A stretch of 64,000 nucleotides of DNA, taken from positions 1,440,080-1,504,079 of the forward strand of contig CP186953.1 of NCBI GenBank assembly GCA_049570475.1, in the 5' to 3' direction. The position numbers and the translations under genes are program-made. Source of the DNA: Candidatus Methanosuratincola verstraetei. Its GTDB lineage: Archaea; Thermoproteota; Methanomethylicia; Methanomethylicales; Methanomethylicaceae. The notes below the pieces were generated by a model, which was not told the DNA's origin, did no database searches, and saw only the letters and a program-made list of their open reading frames with translations. This document shows positions 28,916-38,295 of the stretch, in pieces; positions within the stretch are counted from its first letter, which is position 1, and each line of letters opens with the position of its first letter.

Positions 28916-29937
28916 TGCCATTGCATGCACAGCCGGTTAACAAGAGGCTTAGGCTTTCCCTCTACGTCATAACCCTATCCATTTTTTTTAGCCTGGCCTT
29001 CATGATTTCGGTAATGATTGGAACTATGCAGCTCTCGCCATTCGAGGTTGCCGATTCGATCATCAACCCTAACAGCGACCCTGTAGCCAGGAGCATAGTG
29101 TTGGGATACAGGATACCGCGCATCCTGTTCGCATCGCTGACAGGCTTTGTTCTGGGCGTCTCTGGAGGGGTGATACAGACGCTCACTAGAAACCCGCTTG
29201 CAGACCCGTACATAACCGGGATGTCCTCCGGCGCCGCCCTAGGGGCCGCAATCGCTTTTGTCGTTCCATTTTTGCCGTACTATGCGGTTCCAATCATGGC
29301 GTTCTTGGGTGGAGTCTCGATGCTTTTGTTGTCGATATTCCTTGCGAAGAAGGCTGGAGCGGGACCGATAGGGTTTATTCTTGCTGGAGTAGCTGTGGGC
29401 ACCTTCGCAAGCGCGATACTTATGGTAGTCCTAGCGCTCGCATCCGAAAAGTCACATGGCATACTCTACTGGCTCTTCGGATCCTTCTCAACCTCCACAT
29501 GGGGCGATTTACAGACTGCATCTGCAGTCTCGATGCCTGCCATAATATTTGCACTATATAAAGCAAGGGATCTCAATATACTGCTTCTAGGAGAAGAACA
29601 CGCAGCCCAGCTTGGGATCGACTCAAGGCGATTGTGGCTCCTAATGCTACTGCTATCGAGCCTAGCCGTGTCTGCCTGCGTCTCGTTCTGCGGCATAATT
29701 GGTTTCATAGGTCTCGTTGCGCCTCACATGGTGAGGTTAACCATAGGGTCTGACAATAGGTTTGTTCTCCCCCTTGCGGGCTTCACAGGTTCCCTGCTCA
29801 TAGTTATTGCAGACAATATAGTGAGGAATCCGCTAAACCCAATAGCGGAGATGCCCGTGGGGAGCGTCACGTCGATGATAGGCGTCCCGTTCTTCGTATA
29901 TCTCCTGATAAAGAAGGGTAAGAGCTTTGGCATGTAA
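28915..29937 (+). CDS. ABC transporter permease, FecCD/BtuC family
   Basis: 340 aa, about 9-10 TM helices, FecCD-like conserved region. Confidence 0.8.
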   Translation: MPLHAQPVNKRLRLSLYVITLSIFFSLAFMISVMIGTMQLSPFEVADSIINPNSDPVARSIVLGYRIPRILFASLTGFVLGVSGGVIQTLTRNPLADPYITGMSSGAALGAAIAFVVPFLPYYAVPIMAFLGGVSMLLLSIFLAKKAGAGPIGFILAGVAVGTFASAILMVVLALASEKSHGILYWLFGSFSTSTWGDLQTASAVSMPAIIFALYKARDLNILLLGEEHAAQLGIDSRRLWLLMLLLSSLAVSACVSFCGIIGFIGLVAPHMVRLTIGSDNRFVLPLAGFTGSLLIVIADNIVRNPLNPIAEMPVGSVTSMIGVPFFVYLLIKKGKSFGM

Positions 29938-30739
29938 TTTGGTTGTTGATGGAATTAGGGTTGAAATCGGATCCTGCAAGATACTTGACAATATCGAGAT
30001 CAGGGTCGGGGGAGGGGAGATTCTGGCTATAATTGGTCCCAACGGATCTGGGAAGACCACCCTACTCAAGTGCATTTCTAGAACCATCAGCCCTGTCAGT
30101 GGGGAGATAATTGTCTGCGGCAGGCCTGCTAGGGAGTACAGCAATCGCGAGTACTCCAAAACAGTCAGCGCAATGCTTCCACAGTGGCCCAGCGGATTCA
30201 GCATGAAATCCTACGAGATAGTCCTGATGGGCTGCCGTAACCAGTCTACTGGAGTTTGGTGGGAGGGTGAAAAAGAGCTCGAGGTCGCACGTGCAGCCTT
30301 GGGCGTTCTGAACGCCATGGATCTATATGAAAGGGATTTTGATACGCTCAGCAGCGGGGAGCAGAGGAAGGTCCTTATCGCCAAATCGTTGGCGCAGAGG
30401 ACTGGGATAATATTGTTGGACGAGCCTGTTGCATACCTCGACATGAAGCACAAGCTTGAGGTCATGACCGTCCTCAGGGCCCTTGCAGACATGGGGAAGA
30501 CCGTCCTGGTGACTCTTCACGAGATAGACTTGGCATCAAAGTACTGCGAGAATGTGGTGGTTCTAAGCGAGGGCAAGGTAGTGGCTGCCGGAAAGCCGAG
30601 GGAGGTAATCACATCTGAACTCTTGAGCAGCGTTTACGGGGTCGAGGCGGTGGTCAAGTGGGATGAAGAGATCGACTACCCTGTAATTGTACCAAAGACA
30701 GGGCGCCTTCAGAGAGGGGAGATATCTTGCCTAATGTGA
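29927..30739 (+). CDS. ABC transporter ATP-binding protein (BtuD/FepC-like)
   Basis: Walker A GPNGSGKTTLLK, signature LSSGEQRK, Walker B ILLDEP. Confidence 0.85.
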   Translation: MACNLVVDGIRVEIGSCKILDNIEIRVGGGEILAIIGPNGSGKTTLLKCISRTISPVSGEIIVCGRPAREYSNREYSKTVSAMLPQWPSGFSMKSYEIVLMGCRNQSTGVWWEGEKELEVARAALGVLNAMDLYERDFDTLSSGEQRKVLIAKSLAQRTGIILLDEPVAYLDMKHKLEVMTVLRALADMGKTVLVTLHEIDLASKYCENVVVLSEGKVVAAGKPREVITSELLSSVYGVEAVVKWDEEIDYPVIVPKTGRLQRGEISCLM

Positions 30740-31686
30740 ACCCGAAGGAGATGCTCTTCTGCCTACTGAGGGACGCGATCCTGAGGCGGAAACCTGACGG
30801 CGTTGTGCTTTCAGGAGGCATTGACAGCAGCCTGATCGCCGCTCTCACCCCTAAGGGTATGATTAGACTTGGAGTGACCGCAGCCTTTGAAGGCTCAGAA
30901 GCTCATGATAGAGCCTACTCAAAAATGGTTGCTGATAGGCTCGGGATAAGGCATGCCATTGTTGAGTACGGGATGGATGAAGCAGCCGGTGCTGCAAGAG
31001 AGATTGTGAGGCTGCTTAGGACATTCGACCATGTTGAGATAAGGAACGACATAACGATCTACATCGCAATGAAATTCTGCCGAGATGAAGGCATAGGATG
31101 TGTGATGACCGGCGACGGCGGGGATGAACTTTTTGCAGGTTACGACTATATGCTGAAGATGAGAGAACGCGATCTAATAGACTACACCGATTCCCTTATC
31201 GACAAGTGGTCTTTCTCTTCGAGCCGGCTGGGGACGCATTTGGGAATTGAGGTCTCTCAGCCATACCTTGATCCCGGAGTGATCGAGTTCGCACGCCAAT
31301 TGCCTTACGAATGGAGGGTGCGCCGGTCCGGCAAGGTCCTAGGAAAATGGATTCTCAGATCTCTGCTCGAAGAGCTTGGTTTCCCAGAGATAGCATGCAG
31401 AAGTAAGGAGCCTATTGAGCTCGGGAGCGGGAGCGAGTCTATATCAAGGCTTCTGAACGAGGCCTTGGGAGACGAGGCTGATGATATTGTCGCCGAGGCC
31501 CTAGACGACGGGGTACGGTTCTGGAGCAAAGAACAGGCTTACTTCTACAAAATATACAAGGAGATCTTTGGCAAAGTGCCGCGGGCATCGATCCGCGACC
31601 AAGCCTGCGCCTGCTGCGGCGCTGCCCTGGATTCGAGAAGGATGGTTTGCAGTTACTGCGGGTTTAGCAATGGTTCTAATTGGTGA
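30727..31686 (+). CDS. Asparagine-synthetase C-terminal-domain-like PP-loop ATP pyrophosphatase (no glutaminase domain) with C-terminal Cys4 ribbon
   Basis: PP-loop VLSGGIDSS; C-terminal CxCC...CxxC; embedded in the cobamide operon. Confidence 0.5.
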   Translation: MPNVNPKEMLFCLLRDAILRRKPDGVVLSGGIDSSLIAALTPKGMIRLGVTAAFEGSEAHDRAYSKMVADRLGIRHAIVEYGMDEAAGAAREIVRLLRTFDHVEIRNDITIYIAMKFCRDEGIGCVMTGDGGDELFAGYDYMLKMRERDLIDYTDSLIDKWSFSSSRLGTHLGIEVSQPYLDPGVIEFARQLPYEWRVRRSGKVLGKWILRSLLEELGFPEIACRSKEPIELGSGSESISRLLNEALGDEADDIVAEALDDGVRFWSKEQAYFYKIYKEIFGKVPRASIRDQACACCGAALDSRRMVCSYCGFSNGSNW

Positions 31687-31692
31687 GTAATT

Positions 31693-32355
31693 TTGCGGGG
31701 CTTGGCGTTTTTCTCAGGAGGCAAAGACTCCGTCTTTTCATTAATGAAGGCAAAGCAGAACGGCGTCCCTGTCGACTACCTGCTCTTCAACACCCACGAA
31801 TTCCAGATCCCGAACGTCCACGAAATAAACATCTGCCTCGTTAGGGCGATGGCCGATCTCATTGGGATCCCACTAAAGGTTCTCCATCTTGAGCCTGGTA
31901 GGGAGCACGAGGTGCTTTCAAGGCTAATATGCCAACTCAACATTGGAGTGGTGACTGTAGGCAACATCAATGTCATGGACCAGTTGGAATGGTACGAAAA
32001 GCTTTGCAAAGATTCAGGTGCAGCTCTGTACGCCCCCTTGTGGGCCGGCGCTGGCAGTTCGAGTCTTTCGGCACTGATGGATTTGATTAAATCTGGAGTG
32101 AAAGCGATGATCTTCAGCGTAAAGAAGCCAGCCCTATCAGAAGAATTCCTGGGTCGTATCATCGACCCTGTTCTAGCGAGGGACTTGGCGAGGCTAATAG
32201 ATCCTTGTGGCGAAGGTGGCGAATACCATACGCTAGTTTTGGATGCGCCGATCATGTCAGGCCGATTGTCGATCGGTGAATGCTCAACCATAGAATTCGG
32301 TGATCGACTCATGCTTGAAGTTAAGAAGTTCAGGGTGGAGGCTAAAAATGATTGA
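31693..32355 (+). CDS. MJ0570/Dph6-like PP-loop ATP-binding protein (diphthine-ammonia-ligase-type N-domain)
   Basis: FFSGGKDS PP-loop and the conserved CGEGGEYHT motif. Confidence 0.5.
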   Translation: MRGLAFFSGGKDSVFSLMKAKQNGVPVDYLLFNTHEFQIPNVHEINICLVRAMADLIGIPLKVLHLEPGREHEVLSRLICQLNIGVVTVGNINVMDQLEWYEKLCKDSGAALYAPLWAGAGSSSLSALMDLIKSGVKAMIFSVKKPALSEEFLGRIIDPVLARDLARLIDPCGEGGEYHTLVLDAPIMSGRLSIGECSTIEFGDRLMLEVKKFRVEAKND

Positions 32356-33736
32356 TCCTGTTGCAAGGCATGGTGGGGATGCAATCGAGGTGAGCAGGAG
32401 GCTGGGGCTGCCATTGGATTCAATGCTGGATTTCAGTCTCAATGTCAACCCGTACGGCCCGCCATCCTCGGTTTATGACGCGATTAAGGCTCATTCCACT
32501 CAAATCCGCTACTATCCTGAGAGATCTTACCGCAGGCTGAAGTCTTCGATCTCGGGCTTCGTGGGACTGGAGGCGGAGTACGTGATCGTGGGGTGCGGCA
32601 GTACCGAGCTAATACACTCGATACTCTCAAGGTTCGTCCGCAAAGGCCCAGTGGTGCTGCCCCTCCCGTCCTTCAGTGAGTACGAGGCCGCCGCCGCAGC
32701 ACTGGGCCTCGAGACACGATTCATCAACCCCGACGGGTTGAAAGTCGACCTGCATAGCATTTTGGCCCTAGTCGAGGAAGGTGTCGCCAGGTGCGTAATC
32801 CTTTGCAACCCTAACAACCCGACAGGTGAATTTTTGGATCTTGGGCTCGTCAAGGAACTGATTGAATCGGCAGAGGAGAGGGGAGTGACGATCTTGTTAG
32901 ACGAGGCCTATATTGATCTCTGCGAGGGGTCGGAGAGCTTAACCCTCGCGCATGCTGTGAGGGAGTTCCGCAACCTGTTCGTCCTGAGATCGCTCACAAA
33001 GCCCTTTGGGTTCCCCGGATTAAGGGTCGGCTACGCTGTATGCAACCCTGCCTCAGCGAGGGAGTTCGAGTCTACCGCAATGAGCTGGCGGGTAGGGGTA
33101 CTTGAGGAAGCGGCTGCAGTCTCTGCCCTTCAAGAGAGTGGATTCCTACAGGAGTCGAAGAAAAAGATACGCCTTGAAAAGGAGAAACTGTTTAGGGACA
33201 TTGGATCCATAAGAGGCTTGCGCCCCATTGAATCGGTGTCGAATTTCATGATGGTTGATATCTCTGGCGCAGGTCTTGCCCCGAGGAACCTGAGGTGGCG
33301 CCTGCTCTCCTACGGCGTCCTGGTAAGGGAACTGGGCTCGGTGAAGGGGCTGCCTGGCAATTTCATTAGGGTCTGCGTCAGGCGTCCCGAGGAGAACCGT
33401 TTCCTCTTGGAGGCGCTGAGGAACGTGATCAGCTCACTCGACAAGATGCACCCGCACAACATGGTCTGCGAAGAAAAGAAATGCCATCAAAAGGTGGAAG
33501 ACTGCCGACTCTGCTTCTGCCCATTCTACCCATGCCTTGACAATGCAACAGGTGGGGCTTTCGTGGTCAGGGCGAACGGAGGGGTCGTCTGGGGATGCAA
33601 GGACTGCAGCTGGGTGCACCGCACTGATGTGGCAGAAGCTTTGGTGGATGGGCTTTCGCGCATAAACACAAGGTCTGATGATCCTGAAACAATCCTCAAC
33701 GTAAGGAGGCGAGTGCTCGAAACATGCCCGCCTTGA
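32348..33736 (+). CDS. cobD: L-threonine-O-3-phosphate decarboxylase CobD (class I aminotransferase fold) with C-terminal Cys-rich extension
   Basis: Histidinol-phosphate-aminotransferase-like core; an extra C-terminal region of about 100 aa with CEEKKCH...CRLCFCPFYPC...CKDC. Confidence 0.65.
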   Translation: MIDPVARHGGDAIEVSRRLGLPLDSMLDFSLNVNPYGPPSSVYDAIKAHSTQIRYYPERSYRRLKSSISGFVGLEAEYVIVGCGSTELIHSILSRFVRKGPVVLPLPSFSEYEAAAAALGLETRFINPDGLKVDLHSILALVEEGVARCVILCNPNNPTGEFLDLGLVKELIESAEERGVTILLDEAYIDLCEGSESLTLAHAVREFRNLFVLRSLTKPFGFPGLRVGYAVCNPASAREFESTAMSWRVGVLEEAAAVSALQESGFLQESKKKIRLEKEKLFRDIGSIRGLRPIESVSNFMMVDISGAGLAPRNLRWRLLSYGVLVRELGSVKGLPGNFIRVCVRRPEENRFLLEALRNVISSLDKMHPHNMVCEEKKCHQKVEDCRLCFCPFYPCLDNATGGAFVVRANGGVVWGCKDCSWVHRTDVAEALVDGLSRINTRSDDPETILNVRRRVLETCPP

Positions 33737-34674
33737 CTGATTCACTGCTGACTCTTTGGCTCGCCCTTATGATCGATTTGCTTTTAGGCGAGCCCCCAGG
33801 AAACCTGCACCTTACCGTGTGGGCTGGAAAATCGATCGAGAAGCTTGAACCCAGCTTTAGGAAGATCTCCAAGGATGAACGGATCGGAGGCGCGGCGATG
33901 GCCATTTCGGTAATTGCTGCCTTCGTGCTGCTTGCAATCTTGGTCACGAGCCTCTCAAGCATAAGCTGGCCGCTGCATATTCTGGTTTCTGCCTTCTTCC
34001 TGAAAATGACATTTGCCCTTAAATGCATGCACAAGCATGTAGCGCCCATAGCCAAGGAACTAGACTCTGACTTGGACTCCTCCAGGAAGGCTCTCTCACT
34101 CGTAGTCAGGAGGGACACGAAGGTCCTTGACCGCCGCCTTGTTGCCTCGGGAGCTGTAGAAACAGTGGCAGAGGGATTTGTCGATGGTTTCATATCCCCG
34201 ATCTTCTATTACTGCGTCTTGGGTTTGCCTGGTGCTGTGGCCTACAGGGTCATAAACACGCTGGACTCGATGGTGGGGTACAAGGATGAACGATACCTGA
34301 GGTTCGGGCAGTTCTCCGCAAGGCTTGACACAATCGCAAATTACATCCCCTCAAGGCTGACCCCCTTGATCTTCGCGCTCTCTGCTTTCTTGCTAAAGCA
34401 GGACTGGAGGTCATCGATCAAGTTCTGCAGGGCCTACCATGCTTCGACTTCGAGCATCAATGCGGGGTGGCCAATGTCGTCTATGGCTGGCGCTCTGCGG
34501 GTAAGGCTTGAGAAGCCGGGGTGCTATTCGCTCGGGGAGGAGATCGAACCACTGTCATCAGAAAAGATAAGGGCCTCTCTCAGAATTTATGCTGCATCTG
34601 CGATTTTAACCGTTCTTATATTCTCTTCTTTTTTGGTTATCGGAGGGATTATTTATGAGGCGTACTTTGTTTGA
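33724..34674 (+). CDS. cbiB: Adenosylcobinamide-phosphate synthase
   Basis: CobD/CbiB membrane protein family, 316 aa. Confidence 0.75.
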   Translation: MPALTDSLLTLWLALMIDLLLGEPPGNLHLTVWAGKSIEKLEPSFRKISKDERIGGAAMAISVIAAFVLLAILVTSLSSISWPLHILVSAFFLKMTFALKCMHKHVAPIAKELDSDLDSSRKALSLVVRRDTKVLDRRLVASGAVETVAEGFVDGFISPIFYYCVLGLPGAVAYRVINTLDSMVGYKDERYLRFGQFSARLDTIANYIPSRLTPLIFALSAFLLKQDWRSSIKFCRAYHASTSSINAGWPMSSMAGALRVRLEKPGCYSLGEEIEPLSSEKIRASLRIYAASAILTVLIFSSFLVIGGIIYEAYFV

Positions 34675-35773
34675 TGGCGTAGAAGCGATATTGAGCCAAG
34701 ATGCGATCGTTGTCGAGTCCAGCCGCCCGCTGAAAATCTTGAGCTCCGCGCCGGTTAACGGCGGTCTCCAGGTCTCCTCAAGGATAGTGAACCTCAAAGT
34801 CGACAAGAACTTCAGCGGGGATCCGGAGGAACACTTCAGATCCTGGGCAAAGCCATTAGGGTTAGAAGATGCAGTCTGCTTAATGACCGCAGCAGACTTG
34901 ACCAAAGCCGAGGTGGCTGAGAGATCCGGAGAGGTGCACGTAGTAGCCCTGGTTACCGCAGGAGTTTCTAATGCAACTTCTATTGGCGATAAATTTCCAT
35001 CAGGGACAACCGGGACGATAAATCTCATAATCTTGGTAGACAGAGACCTGACGGATGGGTGCATGGCCAATATCGTCATGTCAGCGACAGAGGCAAAGTG
35101 CAAGGCGCTATCTTCCCTGGATGTGCGCAGCGCCGCCAGCAGAGAATCCGCCACCGGCACCTCGTCAGATGCAGTACTCGTCGCGTCTGCTGGCAATGGG
35201 GGTGCCCTAAGATACGCGGGGTCCGCCACTGAGCTTGGGAGGCTCGTAGGCGAATGCGTCGAAGAAGCGGTGAGGAGAGCGGTAATAATGCATGACGGGC
35301 TCGTCCCACACCGCCCCCTCCTCTCTAGGCTAGGCGAGCGCGGGATAACTATCGATGATCTTGTGGAGACGGCGATGGAGATGTACGTGCCTCACCCGAA
35401 GTTCACAAGAGAGAGGGCGAAAAAGATTTTTGAGAAATGCCTTCTCGATGCGATGTCAGACGTGAACATCTCAGCACTCGTCATGGCAGCATTCAGAATG
35501 AATGAGGACGGCGAAAGGGGTCTCCTGCCTGGTGTGGACAGCGTGTCCTTCGAGGGAGATCCTGTTTACCTGGTTGCAGACGAGATATTGGGGATATCGA
35601 TCGCTCTGCAGATAGCGGGGTACTACGGGCTATTCGAGTTCTACAGGTTCGACAGGAGAAAGCCAGGGATCCTTCAGAGGCTTCCGCCCTTTGTCGACGA
35701 CGCAATCGGAGCGCTTTTGGCAGGCGCCTCAAGCCGCATGTACTCTGAGATGCTTAGGGAAAAGAGGGGCTGA
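34655..35773 (+). CDS. cbiZ: CbiZ adenosylcobinamide amidohydrolase fused to a CobZ (PgpA-like) alpha-ribazole-phosphate phosphatase-like C-terminal domain
   Basis: The N-terminal half is CbiZ-like. The C-terminal roughly 170 aa resemble the PgpA/CobZ domain; such fusions are reported in Methanosarcina. Confidence 0.5.
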   Translation: MRRTLFDGVEAILSQDAIVVESSRPLKILSSAPVNGGLQVSSRIVNLKVDKNFSGDPEEHFRSWAKPLGLEDAVCLMTAADLTKAEVAERSGEVHVVALVTAGVSNATSIGDKFPSGTTGTINLIILVDRDLTDGCMANIVMSATEAKCKALSSLDVRSAASRESATGTSSDAVLVASAGNGGALRYAGSATELGRLVGECVEEAVRRAVIMHDGLVPHRPLLSRLGERGITIDDLVETAMEMYVPHPKFTRERAKKIFEKCLLDAMSDVNISALVMAAFRMNEDGERGLLPGVDSVSFEGDPVYLVADEILGISIALQIAGYYGLFEFYRFDRRKPGILQRLPPFVDDAIGALLAGASSRMYSEMLREKRG

Positions 35774-35776
35774 AAA

Positions 35777-36529
35777 ATGGGGCTCATAAGAGGCTTAAGG
35801 TCAGTGATTTCCTTCCTGACGATCCTGCCTTCTGGGGCAGGGACGATCGATGATATGGCACGATACGCCTTCTTCTTCCCTGCCGCCGGAGCCCTGATAG
35901 GAATGATCAGCGGCGGCGCCGGTCTTTTCCTGTTCAAGTTTCTGGATCACAGTCTTGCGGGTTGGCTCACCCTCCTGACGCTGCTCCTGCTGACTGGCTT
36001 CAACCACATTGACGGGGTCCTTGATCTGGGGGACGCCCTCATGGTCAGGGGATCGAGGGAGAGGCGCCTAGAGATACTGCATGACAAGCACCACGGCATC
36101 GGCGGCCATGCCTCACTCTTCTTTTTACTAGTTCTGACCGGGTCTGTGCTTTCGCTGCTTGGGTCTCACGTATTCCTTGCACTCTTGGTCGCAGAGACGC
36201 TGGGCAAGAGCTCGATGGTGATCGCAGGGGGAATGGGCAAGCCGTGCCCCAAGGGGATAGGCAGCTTGTTCATAACCAAGTTGAGAGAAAGGCTATTCAC
36301 TAACATTGCCTTAGCAATCGCCATAGCTCTTGCCGTGGCAATCGCCTCGTGCGGACCCTTCTTTGGCGGGATCCTGCTCTCCGTCTCGATAATATTCTCT
36401 GCACTCTGGGTGACGTATCTCCAAAATCTCTTTGGATGCCTCACAGGTGACATGCTCGGGTGCACAAGCGAGCTTACGCGGCTTGTGTCGCTCTTCGCAT
36501 TCATTGTTCTCCAGGGTGCTTTCACATGA
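35777..36529 (+). CDS. cobS: Cobalamin 5'-phosphate synthase
   Basis: 250-aa polytopic CobS family protein. Confidence 0.8.
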   Translation: MGLIRGLRSVISFLTILPSGAGTIDDMARYAFFFPAAGALIGMISGGAGLFLFKFLDHSLAGWLTLLTLLLLTGFNHIDGVLDLGDALMVRGSRERRLEILHDKHHGIGGHASLFFLLVLTGSVLSLLGSHVFLALLVAETLGKSSMVIAGGMGKPCPKGIGSLFITKLRERLFTNIALAIAIALAVAIASCGPFFGGILLSVSIIFSALWVTYLQNLFGCLTGDMLGCTSELTRLVSLFAFIVLQGAFT

Positions 36530-37155
36530 AATTCATTGGCTTGGTAATGGCGGGAGGGAGGGGAAGCCGGCTCAGTGCGCATGTAGAAAAACCAATGTTG
36601 AGCGTAGGGAAAATGCCGATGATAATGCGTGTAGTCAGTGCCCTTAACAGGTCACCCTCAATCTGCAAGGCTTATGTTGCAGTCTCTCCGCACACGCCGG
36701 AGACCAAGCGATACGTCCTTTCTCTAGCTGCAGCTTCTGTAGTCGATACGCCTGGTTTTGACTACCATGACGACATGCGGTACGCGATAAAAAAGCTTGG
36801 CAATGGTTGCTTCGTTGTGGTCTCGGCAGATCTCCCCCTGCTAAAACCTGGGACAATAGAGGCGGCTACGGCAGCCTACAACGCGCGTGGAAAACCGTCG
36901 CTGACTGTCGTTTCTCCACTCCGGCTATTCGAAGAGTTGGGGCTGGATCCGACTTGGGTTCTTGAAATCGGAGGAGAGAAATTTGTGCCCTGCGGGATAA
37001 ACATTTTGGATGGGGCGTTGATAGATGAGCCCTACATGGAAGAAAGTTACTTTGTGGTCGATGATCCATCGGCGTGCGTCAATGTCAACACCATGCACGA
37101 CCTTTCTGTAGCCGAAAGGCTGATAAACAATAGGAAGGATAATCCATCCTTATAA
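36523..37155 (+). CDS. cobY: Adenosylcobinamide-phosphate guanylyltransferase, archaeal type
   Basis: MKFIGLVMAGGRGSRL nucleotidyltransferase motif; ATGA overlap with the cobS stop. Confidence 0.6.
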   Translation, partial: HMKFIGLVMAGGRGSRLSAHVEKPMLSVGKMPMIMRVVSALNRSPSICKAYVAVSPHTPETKRYVLSLAAASVVDTPGFDYHDDMRYAIKKLGNGCFVVVSADLPLLKPGTIEAATAAYNARGKPSLTVVSPLRLFEELGLDPTWVLEIGGEKFVPCGINILDGALIDEPYMEESYFVVDDPSACVNVNTMHDLSVAERLINNRKDNPSL

Positions 37156-37167
37156 GAATCCATCCTT
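37137..37167 (+). promoter_or_regulatory. Tandem direct repeat AATCCATCCTT (two copies 16 bp apart), the first preceded by the palindrome GGAT-A-ATCC, at the cobY-cobT junction
   Basis: The same 15-mer GGATAATCCATCCTT also occurs at 27780-27794, directly upstream of the btuF-like start. Confidence 0.4.
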
Positions 37168-37191
37168 GTAAGCAATGATGGTGATCATTCT

Positions 37192-38295
37192 ATGGAAAAA
37201 CCTGACATAATCTGCGGATATGAGGAGTCGAAGTGCCTCGATTTTATGAGAAGGATAGGCGGCTCAAGGCCAATCTTCGCATGCGTAATCGCCTCGACTG
37301 ATACTGCAAAGATACCTGGCCTCTCAGCAGCCGGAGCGATGCCCGAGATAACCGATTATACGCCCCCCGCAGATGTTGAGCTGCTCTTTTACGGCAAGTG
37401 CAGGTGCATAGAAGGCGTCCCTGTCACGCCAGACGGGATCCCGACGCCTGCCCTGATCACAATGTCCGCCATCAGGCTCTCGGGAATCCCCTACTTTGTA
37501 GTGAACGGGGGGCTCAGGGTCTTGCCCAAGGTTCCCTTCATAGATGTGGGAGGGAACCCGGGGAAGGACATCAGGTCCGGCAGATCGGTGGAGGACCCAA
37601 AGGAAGTTTACGAGAGATCGTCAATAGTTGGGAGGCAGTTGTCGAGGCTTGCCGATTATCTCGTGGTTGGGGAGAGCATCCCAGGAGGCACGACCACCGC
37701 ACTTTCGGTGCTCCTGGCAATGGGGGTCGATGCCAGCAGGAAAGTGAGCAGCAGCATGCCAAACAACCCGCACGACCTCAAGCTGAGGGTCGTTGAAGAA
37801 GCATTGGCTGCAGCTGGCATCCACTTCGGATCTTTGGAGCGCGATCCCTTCAGGGCAATCTCCTCTGTCGGGGATCCGATGATGCCCGCTGCGGCTGGTT
37901 TGATCGCTGGCGCCGCCGAGGAGGTGCCTGTGATCATGGCTGGCGGCACGCAGATGTGCGCTGTACTAAAGGTGATACAGGCCCTCTCTCCGGGCGTCTT
38001 GGAAAACCTCGCGATAGGCACTACCCGGTGGATCCTGGAGGACAAGACCTCCGACATAAGGGAGCTCGTATCCCAGATCGCGCCGGTCCCTGTGCTTGCT
38101 GCTGGGTTGGATTTTTCCGGCTCCATGTACAGCGGTCTCAGGGCCTACGAGCTCGGCGTGGCGAAAGAGGGCGTAGGCGCTGGAGGATCCAGCATAGCGG
38201 CGATGTTGACTTCGGGGGGCGCGATCACCAAAGCCTCTTTATTGAGGGAGATCGAAGTTAACTACGGGATGCTCACAAATGCCTCCCCCGATTGA
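37192..38295 (+). CDS. cobT: Nicotinate-nucleotide--dimethylbenzimidazole phosphoribosyltransferase, archaeal type
   Basis: 367 aa; resembles the archaeal MJ1598-type CobT family; ends the recognisable cobamide gene set. Confidence 0.65.
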   Translation: MEKPDIICGYEESKCLDFMRRIGGSRPIFACVIASTDTAKIPGLSAAGAMPEITDYTPPADVELLFYGKCRCIEGVPVTPDGIPTPALITMSAIRLSGIPYFVVNGGLRVLPKVPFIDVGGNPGKDIRSGRSVEDPKEVYERSSIVGRQLSRLADYLVVGESIPGGTTTALSVLLAMGVDASRKVSSSMPNNPHDLKLRVVEEALAAAGIHFGSLERDPFRAISSVGDPMMPAAAGLIAGAAEEVPVIMAGGTQMCAVLKVIQALSPGVLENLAIGTTRWILEDKTSDIRELVSQIAPVPVLAAGLDFSGSMYSGLRAYELGVAKEGVGAGGSSIAAMLTSGGAITKASLLREIEVNYGMLTNASPD

